DNA from: Candidatus Auribacterota bacterium
GTDB taxonomy: Bacteria; Auribacterota; UBA6266
Assembly: GCA_023136205.1 (NCBI GenBank)
Contig: JAGLRQ010000079.1
Location: forward strand, 1,749 to 33,748
Length of the DNA: 32,000 bases
Direction: 5' to 3'
The notes beneath the pieces were generated by a model, which was not told the DNA's origin, made no database searches, and saw only the letters and a list, made by a program, of their open reading frames with translations. The position numbers and the translations under genes are program-made. Below, one piece after another: positions 14,715 to 22,974 of this stretch. How positions within the stretch are numbered: the first letter of the stretch is position 1; each line of letters begins with the position of its first letter.

Positions 14715-14739
14715 AAAAAGGAGTCAGCACCCTTTTCAA
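14521..14739 (-). CDS. Small conserved hypothetical protein, paralog A (72 aa)
   Basis: FSLNVYRLLYPKPKYIWVQGRILHETEKAILVENVEKIWIPKSQIKKIRLRNDVFEVCVREGLFG aligns with the 16526-16729 product (FSIYRLLHSKPGYIWVQIRILHETDKAILVENVEKTWISKSQIRKIRLRNGVFEVYVREGKFW). Preservation of the ORF in both copies supports coding. Confidence 0.65.
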   Translation of the reverse strand: MKRVLTPFSLNVYRLLYPKPKYIWVQGRILHETEKAILVENVEKIWIPKSQIKKIRLRNDVFEVCVREGLFG

Positions 14740-14818
14740 ACTATTAGTAATTTGCTTACCAATTTTATAAGTTCATGTTTTTCTGCATATTTTGTTCAAA
14801 TGGGCGAGAATTAAACAT

Positions 14819-14850
14819 AAAAAAAGCGATGATTTATTCTCTTCGCTTTT
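14819..14850 (-). terminator. Candidate intrinsic terminator after the deaminase/zinc-ribbon operon
   Basis: Minus strand reads AAAAGCGA (14850-14843), a 13-nt loop, TCGCTTTT, then further T (an A run at 14819-14825 on the plus strand). It begins 27 nt downstream of the stop at 14877. The stem is short and AT-rich. Confidence 0.4.
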
Positions 14851-14876
14851 GTTAGACAGAAATTAGCCTTGTATAG

Positions 14877-15062
14877 TTATGCCTGTAAGCTCTTTTTTTC
14901 TATTGAGTCGCGGAACTTTTGAAAGTTAATTCCATAATCGTAATGTTCTAAATCTAGATGATCCCTATTAATCCACAAACAATCTCCCCATACACACCTT
15001 TCAACACCAGTGAAGGAATCATACTCTACACCAAATCTTTTACATTTTGGACATCTTTTCAT
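14877..15062 (-). CDS. Small zinc-ribbon protein (61 aa) downstream of the deaminase gene
   Basis: MKRCPKCKRFGVEYDSFTGVERCVWGDCLW gives CxxC ... C-x4-C. It lies 54 nt after the deaminase stop on the same strand, and a terminator-like hairpin follows. Confidence 0.55.
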   Translation of the reverse strand: MKRCPKCKRFGVEYDSFTGVERCVWGDCLWINRDHLDLEHYDYGINFQKFRDSIEKKSLQA

Positions 15063-15116
15063 TCCTTCTCCTATAATTAATTATACGTATACAACTATAA
15101 TAAGCAAGTTTTTTAA

Positions 15117-16397
15117 CTATAAATTTCTTTTAAAAAACCTATGAAATGATTTTGTTGTAACCCCTTCATATTTCTTAAGGTCCACATTGTTGGTTTTAAA
15201 CATATCAATAGCTAGAGATTCTTCCATTGGATATGCTTCTAAATATACGACTTGAATAATACCCGAAGCGATAATTTTTTTACAGCATAACATACAGGGG
15301 AAAGCAGAAGTATATAATTTTGTTCCATGCAATGATGTGCTTCCCAATCTGGCAGCTTGAATAATTGCTGCTTCTTCAGCATGTACAGCCCTGCAAACAC
15401 TCAATAATTTCCCAGGAAAAACTTCGTTTTTAAAACCACAATCTACACATAACTTGCTATTCTTTTCTAATTTATGCCCACATTTTCTACAATATATATT
15501 ATTTTCTAAAAACTCTTTCTTTATTTTGGCCCGATAACATTTTTCAGGGTATTTTTTCTTACAATCTTCGTCTTCGTAAGGGACATTATTGCAACCGGTG
15601 GCAATTACATATCCTATAGCGCCCTTCAATTTTTCTTTATCAAGTTCTTTTTTAAAAGAGTAAGTATCGCGAACTATAACTGCCCCTACTTGCCTTTTGG
15701 AACATCTTGATTGCAAAGCTACACTGCAGGCTTGGTGCATATACGCCTCATTAGGGTAAGGAGGCCTACTCTCAGAATTTTCTATGAGATCATAAAAATC
15801 GGATAATCTCTGTGCATAACTATCAATAATCTTACCATTTTTTGTCCCATCACAATCAAAAAAATCTTCTTCTGCATTAACAGAAATATCTGCCATTTCC
15901 ATGCATTTTTTTACTTGTTGCCCATGTAGATTTTTCGTATCCCCGGCGTCCCGTTTTTCAATCTCACCAAACTCGTCTTTATGTTTAAACAAATCTTTTA
16001 ATCTATCCCATCTTTTGTCATGGGATGCATCAATAGATAATAAAACAAAATGTTTTTTAAATTTTCTTTGAAAAGTTTCAATTTCATGTGGATTTCTGAA
16101 ACATTCAATTACAGCTTTTTTGGGCTTTCTTTTGCATATTTCTTCAACTATTGGAGCTACAGTTTCGGGGTTTTCAGGGTTCTTTTTTCTTAATTCATCA
16201 CCTAAATCTTGTAAAATCATTCTTTTTTTATTGGGTTGTTTCTTATCAAAATCTTTGACTTTTTTTTTCGCTTTTTCTTTCAACAATGCTGAAATACTAA
16301 AATATTCCATTCCTTTGGTATTATGAAAGAACTTACTGGTTTCAGTGCAACCAGATCCAAATCTTCCGGTTAATCCAATTATCATTGTATCTTTCAT
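15117..16397 (-). CDS. Nucleotide-kinase-like domain fused to a CMP/dCMP-type zinc deaminase (architecture of the anti-phage dCTP deaminase)
   Basis: The N-terminus IIGLTGRFGSGCTETSKF is P-loop-like, with Cys where the Walker A Lys is expected. The C-terminal half has ACSVALQSRCSKRQVGAVIV, GCNNVP, the zinc motifs CRAVHAEEAAI and AFPCMLCCKKII (H-A-E ... P-C-x-x-C), and an inserted zinc ribbon CRKCGHKLEKNSKLCVDCG. Confidence 0.75.
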   Translation of the reverse strand: MKDTMIIGLTGRFGSGCTETSKFFHNTKGMEYFSISALLKEKAKKKVKDFDKKQPNKKRMILQDLGDELRKKNPENPETVAPIVEEICKRKPKKAVIECFRNPHEIETFQRKFKKHFVLLSIDASHDKRWDRLKDLFKHKDEFGEIEKRDAGDTKNLHGQQVKKCMEMADISVNAEEDFFDCDGTKNGKIIDSYAQRLSDFYDLIENSESRPPYPNEAYMHQACSVALQSRCSKRQVGAVIVRDTYSFKKELDKEKLKGAIGYVIATGCNNVPYEDEDCKKKYPEKCYRAKIKKEFLENNIYCRKCGHKLEKNSKLCVDCGFKNEVFPGKLLSVCRAVHAEEAAIIQAARLGSTSLHGTKLYTSAFPCMLCCKKIIASGIIQVVYLEAYPMEESLAIDMFKTNNVDLKKYEGVTTKSFHRFFKRNL

Positions 16398-16504
16398 TTA
16401 TTTATATTTATTTTCAAAATAGAGATGGAGACTATTCTCCCTTAACATCCAAATCAAGGATTACACTATCAAATTAAATGTGGTTTTGCAAGGTGTTGTT
16501 GTAA

Positions 16505-16719
16505 TTCCAGCGACACAATACCCAATCACCAAAACTTTCCCTCCCGAACATAAACCTCAAAAACACCATTCCTCAGCCTAATTTTCCGGATTTGCGATTT
16601 CGATATCCAGGTCTTCTCTACATTTTCAACTAAAATAGCTTTATCGGTTTCATGCAAGATACGGATTTGAACCCAAATATACCCGGGTTTTGAGTGTAAC
16701 AGCCTGTAAATACTAAAGG
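16505..16719 (-). repeat. Copy 3 of the duplicated block: junction motif plus small gene
   Basis: TTCCAGCGACACAATACCCAATCACCAAAACTTTCCCTCCCG (33/42 identical to copy 2 by hand count), continuing colinear with 14500-14714 through the small ORF. Confidence 0.85.
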
Positions 16720-16729
16720 GTCTAAACAT
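16526..16729 (-). CDS. Small conserved hypothetical protein, paralog B (67 aa)
   Basis: See paralog A. It starts 4 nt after the stop of the HTH gene upstream (16734). Confidence 0.65.
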   Translation of the reverse strand: MFRPFSIYRLLHSKPGYIWVQIRILHETDKAILVENVEKTWISKSQIRKIRLRNGVFEVYVREGKFW

Positions 16730-16733
16730 AAGC

Positions 16734-16931
16734 TTACACCCCCTTCCACTTAATAGCGCGTTGGACTGTTTTACTGCTCACTCTCAGGGATTTGGCTATT
16801 TGGGTGCAGGTCATGCCCAGAAGATGTAATTCTGTGGCTTTCTGGGCTATTTTACGGTATAAAGGAAAGGCTTTAACAGGGAGAATTTTAATACAGGCAG
16901 AGATTTCGGAAAAAGTTCGAATTGGTTGCAA
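16734..16931 (-). CDS. Small helix-turn-helix protein (resolvase/IS-type HTH-like)
   Basis: AQKATELHLLGMTCTQIAKSLRVSSKTVQRAIKW resembles the HTH_7/HTH_23-type DNA-binding helix pair found at the C-terminus of small serine recombinases and in IS OrfA proteins. There is no catalytic domain. Confidence 0.5.
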   Translation of the reverse strand: MQPIRTFSEISACIKILPVKAFPLYRKIAQKATELHLLGMTCTQIAKSLRVSSKTVQRAIKWKGV

Positions 16932-17000
16932 CCGGGTCCGCCATTTTAACCACTTCGAACCTTTATTTCGGCAGTATTAAAAAAATGGGGACACATTGGG

Positions 17001-18899
17001 CTAGCCTACGGGTACCTGATTATTTGCAATATATTTTCTGATAATTTCTATAAATTCATCGGCGTAGGATTCTAATTTTTTCTCTCCTACACCAAAGATC
17101 TTCGCGAAAGCCTCTTTTGTAACCGGTTTTATTAGAGCCATATCTCTTAGTGACTTATCTCCAAAAATGATATATGCGGGGACTCCTTCATCATGAGCCA
17201 TTTCCGACCTTTTTTCGCGTAATGACCGGAACAATTCTTTATTTACTCCTTCCCAATCTTTTTCTCTTTTCTGTTTTCGCTTCGCCGCGACTTGTTTTTT
17301 CTTCGCGGTTACCAGCGGTTTTGTCAAAACAGGAACTATTTCTCCTTTCAGAACCTGTTTTCCCGATAATGTCAGGGATAGTGTTGAAAATTCTTCATCT
17401 CTTCGCAAAAAGCCCTGGCCCACCAACTGTTCAACCATATACCTGATAAAAGTAATTGATGACTCAGCCATTATGCCGAAAGTAGATAAGAGCTGATGAT
17501 TCATGCGGTTAACCTGATCGGTTGTTTTCCCTTTTAAAACATCGGCTACGCAGGATGCTCCAAACCCGAAGCTTTTTCCCCGGCTGACTCTTACAACACA
17601 CGATATAATTTTTTGAGCTGTGACCAATGATTCTTCAACCATTTCAAGCTCATTTAAACAGTAGTCACATGCCTGGCAGGAGGGTTTGTCATAATCCTGT
17701 CCGAAATAGTTTACAAGAAATCTATGCCTGCAGTGAGGACGGGAGCAGAAATTATAGAGGATGTTTAGTTTATCCATCATAACCTTTTCATGAGGTGATG
17801 TTTCTATGAAGGACCTCATAACCCGGTAATCCCCGCCTCCGAAAAACATGTAGCAGTGTGAGTTAAGCCCGTCGCGCCCGGCACGCCCGGTTTCCTGATG
17901 ATAATGTTCAATACTTTTCGGCATCGCGGCATGGATAATAAACCGGATGTTAGAGCGGTCAATTCCCATGCCAAAGGCAATGGTGGCAACAATTATATCA
18001 ACTTCTTCACGGATAAATTTGTCCTGGTTTATATGCCTGGTAGTGTCAGAGAGCCCGGCATGGTATGGAACATTCTTAAACCCGAGCGTATTCAGTTTCT
18101 CTGAAATATTTTCGACGTCTTTCCTCCGCAGACAATAGATAATCCCCGGTTCATCCGGGTGTTTTTCTAAAACGTCTGTTATCTGCTTTATTAAATTTGA
18201 ACGGGGTATCACCCTGTAGGATAAGTTTGGGCGGTCTATCTGCCTGATATGGATTTCAGGATTATTAAGCTGCAGCTGTTCCAAAATATCCTGCTGTACC
18301 GCTACAGTAGCCGTAGCTGTAAAAGCATGAACACAAGAGGATTTGAATCTTTCCTTGATAAACTTCAATTTGCGGTAATCTTCTCTGAAATCGTGTCCCC
18401 AATGGCTGATACAATGGGCTTCATCAATAACAAAAAACGCGGGGTTAACTGATGTTAAGAGGTTGATGGTTGATTTTTGCTGAAGGCGTTCCGGAGAAAT
18501 ATATAAAATTTTCACCTTCCGTTTTCTAATAAGGCTAATTTCTGTCATTTGTTCTTTTGGTGTCAGGCTGGAATTCAGACAGCTTGCTGTAATCCCCTTT
18601 GCTTTAAGGTCATCAACCTGGTCTTTCATTAATGATATCAGCGGTGAAATAACTACAGCCATACTTCCTTTTAACAAAGCCGGAAGCTGAAAACACAAAG
18701 ACTTCCCTCCTCCCGTAGGCATAACCGTCAATGACTCTTTTTCTCTCAGTATTGATAAAATTACATCTTCCTGCAAAGCCCGAAATGATGTATAGCCCCA
18801 GTATTGTTTTAAAGCTTCATACATGGGTTTCTGAAACCAATCCGTTTTTCCGCTCATTTTCGCGCAGACTCCAATAAATTTATCAGCCCGTAAAATCAT
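17001..18899 (-). CDS. recQ: ATP-dependent DNA helicase RecQ
   Basis: FRALQEDVI, motif I TGGGKSLCFQLPA, DEAH box VIDEAHCISHWGHDFR, QETGRAGRDG, the zinc-binding CRHRFLVNYFGQ...CQACDYC, and a C-terminal HRDC-like VPAYIIFGDKSLRDMA. The start may be the internal Met at 18857 (MSGKTDWFQ). Confidence 0.9.
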   Translation of the reverse strand: MILRADKFIGVCAKMSGKTDWFQKPMYEALKQYWGYTSFRALQEDVILSILREKESLTVMPTGGGKSLCFQLPALLKGSMAVVISPLISLMKDQVDDLKAKGITASCLNSSLTPKEQMTEISLIRKRKVKILYISPERLQQKSTINLLTSVNPAFFVIDEAHCISHWGHDFREDYRKLKFIKERFKSSCVHAFTATATVAVQQDILEQLQLNNPEIHIRQIDRPNLSYRVIPRSNLIKQITDVLEKHPDEPGIIYCLRRKDVENISEKLNTLGFKNVPYHAGLSDTTRHINQDKFIREEVDIIVATIAFGMGIDRSNIRFIIHAAMPKSIEHYHQETGRAGRDGLNSHCYMFFGGGDYRVMRSFIETSPHEKVMMDKLNILYNFCSRPHCRHRFLVNYFGQDYDKPSCQACDYCLNELEMVEESLVTAQKIISCVVRVSRGKSFGFGASCVADVLKGKTTDQVNRMNHQLLSTFGIMAESSITFIRYMVEQLVGQGFLRRDEEFSTLSLTLSGKQVLKGEIVPVLTKPLVTAKKKQVAAKRKQKREKDWEGVNKELFRSLREKRSEMAHDEGVPAYIIFGDKSLRDMALIKPVTKEAFAKIFGVGEKKLESYADEFIEIIRKYIANNQVPVG

Positions 18900-19088
18900 A
18901 CAATATCAGATGTAACTTGTACTCTTTCTATCAACTTAAATCAAGCACATTTGAGATACTATCAACATTTTCAGGGTGGCCTGACCACTTTTAATATGGG
19001 GTTAATAAAATAATAAAATGGCTTGACACAATTCAAGGATACGCACAGAATAATATTAACCAAAGACAAAGCCCATGGAGGAAGTTTC

Positions 19089-20984
19089 TTGAAAGCGAAA
19101 AAATATAGAAGCTTTTCCTTTTTTAAGTTTTTTTTCTTTTCTTTTGTTATCTTTCTCTTAGTTGTTTTTATCTTAATCATAACAGCGCCGGCACTCATCT
19201 CTTCAGCACAGGGAAAAAGCCTTCTGTTAAAGATAATAAACAACAACTTTTCAGGAAAAATCAGCATTGAATCAATTAATTTAAACTGGCGGGGCGAACA
19301 GTCAATAAAAGGCTTTTCATTAACCGATGATAACAATTCCGTTACTTTTAAGGCTTTCGAAACTCAACTATCTCTCCTGGATATTCTTCTCAAAAAAAGA
19401 TTAGATTTCGGAACAACCCGGCTGGAAGATTTATATGCCGAAATATCTTTGTATGAAACAAAAGACTTAGGCATAAAGGCGCGGGAGGCCGCAAAAAAGG
19501 CCCAACCTGAAAAGACCGATCTAATTGCGTGGTTTTTGCCACGGACATTTTCAGGCAACATGGAAATAATAAACGCGAACCTTGTGATCTTAAAGCCGGG
19601 CATTGATCCCGCGGAATTCAACAATGTTGCCAATCTTTCGACGAACCTGCATGTTGAGATAACTGAGGACATAATCAAACTGTCAAAGGCCGCAAAAATA
19701 AAATGCGGCATATCTCCGGCTCTTTACAAAATAATCATAGAAAACAATAACTTAAACAACCGGCTGCTGCTGGCGGAACCAGCCAGCCTTGAAACGAACA
19801 TTGAAACTTTTGAAATACTCGTAAAAAAACCCGTTAAAGATTTTTTATCTCTGCTAAACAGCGCAAAGTTTGATATCAAAATGCGCACGCAAAAATTCTC
19901 TTTAACGGATACCCTTTATAAGCAGGCCATAATTTTAGCCCCTTTAACTATTTCCGCCTCAAGCAAAAACGCAAGTTTGAAAACAATTCTCAACGCGGAC
20001 GCGGTTTTCACATGCACAGATCATTCCGGCAATATTTTGGACAAAGGCGATATTTCTGTCCAAAGCGAGATCTCCGATATTGTAAAGCCTGACGGTTCTT
20101 TTAATAAAAACGGCTTGCTTTTAAAGCTGAATACCAGTTTTAAAGGATTATCTACGGCCAGGCTGGATAAGCTTTTCAATACGAATAACACCATCACTGC
20201 CGTTATGGGAAAAACATTAGATTTAAAAGCCTCAGCAGAACTCAAAGGTCTCAAAGGGCCTGTTGATATTTATTTCAAAACCAGTAATTCAACCGCGGCC
20301 ATATCCGCGCTTATCAATAAGGATTCTGTGCTTTTGCGCGATGATGTAAAAGCTGAATTGACGGTAACCCCTGCTCTCGGGGCATTAGTGTTGAAAAATA
20401 TCAATCCGATACTGATTACTGCTGTAAGTTCCAGCAGGCCTATTTATATAACCATAAATCAGAACGGGTTTTACGTACCCCTGAACAAAGCTTCTTTTTC
20501 CGATATTAAAATTGAAGAAGCGGTTATTGATCTCGGAGAACTAACGCTTGAAAACGGCGGTTTGCTCAATCCGTTGGTGGCATTTTTAAAATCAACATAC
20601 GGCAGACAGATGACAGCCAGCTTCACACCTCTTAAAGCCAGCCTCGCGGAAGGGATTGCTCAATATTCCAGAATGGATACCGTTATAGCAAACAGTTTCC
20701 ATATAGCTACGTGGGGAACAATTGATATAGAAAACGACACTCTTGATGTTACACTGGGCCTAACATCTGATACCTTGGACAAGGCATTTGATATTGAAGG
20801 CCTTTCAGAAGATTATATTCTAAAAATCCCGGTTCGCGGTTCAACAGAAAACCCAAAAGTAAACTGGGCAGAAGCAGCAAAACAAATCGGGACGCTTGTT
20901 TTAAAAAGAAAAATCGATGAAAAGCTCCCCGGGCTGGGCACCGCAATTGAAGAATTGTTTAACAAGCCGGATGGAAAAGATTAG
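19089..20984 (+). CDS. AsmA/TamB-like membrane-anchored protein (assignment tentative)
   Basis: An N-terminal anchor FFFFSFVIFLLVVFILIITAPALI is followed by a long beta-rich region (GKISIESINLNWRGEQSIKGFSLTDDNNSV...). I place the start at TTG 19089, where GGAGGA lies 6 nt upstream. The track start TTG 19023 is part of a TTGACA -35-like hexamer. Confidence 0.45.
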   Translation: MKAKKYRSFSFFKFFFFSFVIFLLVVFILIITAPALISSAQGKSLLLKIINNNFSGKISIESINLNWRGEQSIKGFSLTDDNNSVTFKAFETQLSLLDILLKKRLDFGTTRLEDLYAEISLYETKDLGIKAREAAKKAQPEKTDLIAWFLPRTFSGNMEIINANLVILKPGIDPAEFNNVANLSTNLHVEITEDIIKLSKAAKIKCGISPALYKIIIENNNLNNRLLLAEPASLETNIETFEILVKKPVKDFLSLLNSAKFDIKMRTQKFSLTDTLYKQAIILAPLTISASSKNASLKTILNADAVFTCTDHSGNILDKGDISVQSEISDIVKPDGSFNKNGLLLKLNTSFKGLSTARLDKLFNTNNTITAVMGKTLDLKASAELKGLKGPVDIYFKTSNSTAAISALINKDSVLLRDDVKAELTVTPALGALVLKNINPILITAVSSSRPIYITINQNGFYVPLNKASFSDIKIEEAVIDLGELTLENGGLLNPLVAFLKSTYGRQMTASFTPLKASLAEGIAQYSRMDTVIANSFHIATWGTIDIENDTLDVTLGLTSDTLDKAFDIEGLSEDYILKIPVRGSTENPKVNWAEAAKQIGTLVLKRKIDEKLPGLGTAIEELFNKPDGKD

Positions 20985-21628
20985 ATACTTTTCTTAAATA
21001 TTACAAGCCCTATTAAACCGGAAAAAAGTAAAAGCAAAGTATTTAATTCGGGTATTACCTGTGTCCTGAATATTTGAAACTCTCCATAGTTGCTGCCGGA
21101 CGCAAGTTTACTGCCCCATATCCAACTGGCATTATCGCTAATCCCGTCAATTTTACCCCACGGAGAACTTCCATGAACTTTGCTGTGTTTAACAGGACTC
21201 CATAATGCGACTGCAATTTCCTGGTCCATAACAAATTGTGAAGGAATGCTATCGCCATCATCTAAATCCTTCCAAGACAGATAAACCTCCCAGGCGGAAG
21301 TATTTGTTAATAACAAACCGGCGTCAGATACAAACTGTCCTAAAAAACCCTGCGCGACATAATCATCACTCCAGGCCGCTACATATATGTAATCGCACAG
21401 ATCCACATCAAATGTAAAGGTTTCAGCACAAGACCAGTTGTATTGGCCGGGGTTACCCCCAGCGCCAATTTCATTTCCTCCAACGAAAGTAACGTTTTCC
21501 CCATCACCAAAATATAATCCATAATGATTATCGACTGTAAGGGTCGCAGTGAAAGATAAATGGGACGCGCGACTCAAAGAAACCGGGATAACAGCAAAAA
21601 CACAAAAGAAGATAAAAATCCTGTTCAC
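20981..21628 (-). CDS. PEP-CTERM sorting-domain protein
   Basis: The C-terminus VIPELNTLLLLFSGLIGLVIFKKSI is a P-E-x anchor motif plus TM plus basic tail. The N-terminal signal peptide is NRIFIFFCVFAVIPVSLSRA. The start is moved to GTG 21628 (GGGAGA about 6 nt upstream). Confidence 0.7.
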   Translation of the reverse strand: MNRIFIFFCVFAVIPVSLSRASHLSFTATLTVDNHYGLYFGDGENVTFVGGNEIGAGGNPGQYNWSCAETFTFDVDLCDYIYVAAWSDDYVAQGFLGQFVSDAGLLLTNTSAWEVYLSWKDLDDGDSIPSQFVMDQEIAVALWSPVKHSKVHGSSPWGKIDGISDNASWIWGSKLASGSNYGEFQIFRTQVIPELNTLLLLFSGLIGLVIFKKSI

Positions 21629-21748
21629 ATATTTTCTCCCTCGTTTCGGGCTACAATTAACAGAACACCAATCGGGACAAAACAAACCAACTGTTCATTA
21701 TAAGCTTTTCCCCAAAAGAAGTCAATCGCGTAACCTTGTGAACGGGAG

Positions 21749-22213
21749 TTAATATGTTTTCTTCGCTTCCATTTTCGCGTCGATAAGTTCTCTATGAGAT
21801 ACCTTTAGAAGATTTGCAATTCTGTGGATAAGCTGGTCCTCGTATTTATCAAGCCGCCCATCGGCAAATATTACTTTCCAAATATTTACAAGCACATTAA
21901 GCTTCTCATCATAAGAAAGGTTTTTGTCAACCATTTTCGTAAACCGGTACAGATCAACGCTGTTTTGTTTTTCTTCGCCGGAAACATTGATAAGGATTTG
22001 CGCGTCTCCTTCAGCAAGGGCGAAATCTTCTTCAAGTATTTTTAGAATCACATTTTTTTCCTTATCGTCTATTTTCCCATCTGCCATAGCAGCTTCCAGC
22101 AAAAGGGCGCAAGAGGCAATCCTGACCTTTTCTTTTGCGTTTGTCTCTTTGCTGCTTTCTCCCGCTTTTTGCTCTTCTGAAAAAAACTCTTTTAATTTCT
22201 CAAACAAATTCAT
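21749..22213 (-). CDS. TerB-family (tellurite-resistance TerB-like) protein
   Basis: Two ADG-x-[IL]-D-x-x-E repeats (AMADGKIDDKEKNVI and FADGRLDKYEDQLI), then the HRIANLLKVSHRELIDAK tail typical of the TerB domain. Confidence 0.75.
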   Translation of the reverse strand: MNLFEKLKEFFSEEQKAGESSKETNAKEKVRIASCALLLEAAMADGKIDDKEKNVILKILEEDFALAEGDAQILINVSGEEKQNSVDLYRFTKMVDKNLSYDEKLNVLVNIWKVIFADGRLDKYEDQLIHRIANLLKVSHRELIDAKMEAKKTY

Positions 22214-22257
22214 ATTTATCTTTCCCCCTTAAAAACACCCTGCCCGGTTTTAACATA

Positions 22258-22974
22258 TTATTCCTTCCACGGCATAAATACCCCTTTCAATGTTCTCGGT
22301 TCTTCTATTGAAGCCGGGGAAAAACCATACCTGTAAGAGAGTTCCCTTACCGCGCGGCTTATTACAGCAGCGCTTAAAGCCGGCGTTACAAGAAGAATTC
22401 CCGCGCCGCTAATCACCCCCACAACAAAAAGAACTCCGAGATAAAACAAAACACCAAATGTAAAAAGAGGATGACAGACAGCCAAAGTTATGGCATCCTT
22501 CATTACTCTAAAAACACCCTTCACCCTGAAAGAAAGGGGTAATATGTAAACCATCCCCATACAATTAACGAACACCATTATGCCCATTGTAACAGCTATC
22601 AGCTTTCCCGCGATCCCAAAACGCGAACTGTAAAAAGAAAAACCCGCGAGAGCCAAGATTATAACAAACCACATAAAAATTGCAACCGCCGTTGATATAA
22701 AAAAATAGGTCTTAAATGCTTTGAAAAAATCTTTGATATTAACTTCCCTGTTAAAGCTAATTTCATCGGCAAGAAATATTATCGCGGCAGTCGCGGCAGG
22801 GCAAGTAATAACCGGCAGAGACAGAAAAAACCAGAGGATGCTGGCACCCAGGAACAGACCCATATTATCGAAAAACAGCCAGAAACTTTTGGATATAATA
22901 TTCAGATAGTCAAGCTTGCCTGCCGGATAGGCAGGTTTGACAACATCAGGCAATTCGTTTTTTTTCGGAGACAT
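22258..22974 (-). CDS. DUF624/YesL-like integral membrane protein
   Basis: FFDNMGLFLGASILWFFLSLPVITCPAATAAIIFL is the characteristic YesL N-terminal pattern. There are multiple TM segments. Its start overlaps the permease stop at 22974. Confidence 0.65.
   Translation of the reverse strand: MSPKKNELPDVVKPAYPAGKLDYLNIISKSFWLFFDNMGLFLGASILWFFLSLPVITCPAATAAIIFLADEISFNREVNIKDFFKAFKTYFFISTAVAIFMWFVIILALAGFSFYSSRFGIAGKLIAVTMGIMVFVNCMGMVYILPLSFRVKGVFRVMKDAITLAVCHPLFTFGVLFYLGVLFVVGVISGAGILLVTPALSAAVISRAVRELSYRYGFSPASIEEPRTLKGVFMPWKE

Noticed and set aside
17001-18899. RecQ considered as a defence-associated helicase belonging to the island.
   Set aside because: It has the full housekeeping RecQ architecture (helicase core, zinc-binding, RQC-like and HRDC regions). 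Its composition also resembles the core side of the window.
18971-19336. 121-aa minus-strand ORF overlapping the start of the AsmA-like gene.
   Set aside because: It overlaps the divergent promoter region and the N-terminal anchor of the plus-strand gene. Its product is low-complexity (K/F-rich) with no RBS.
19364-20946. Minus-strand ORFs 19364-19711, 20021-20254 and 20749-20946.
   Set aside because: They are antisense shadows within the long AsmA-like ORF.
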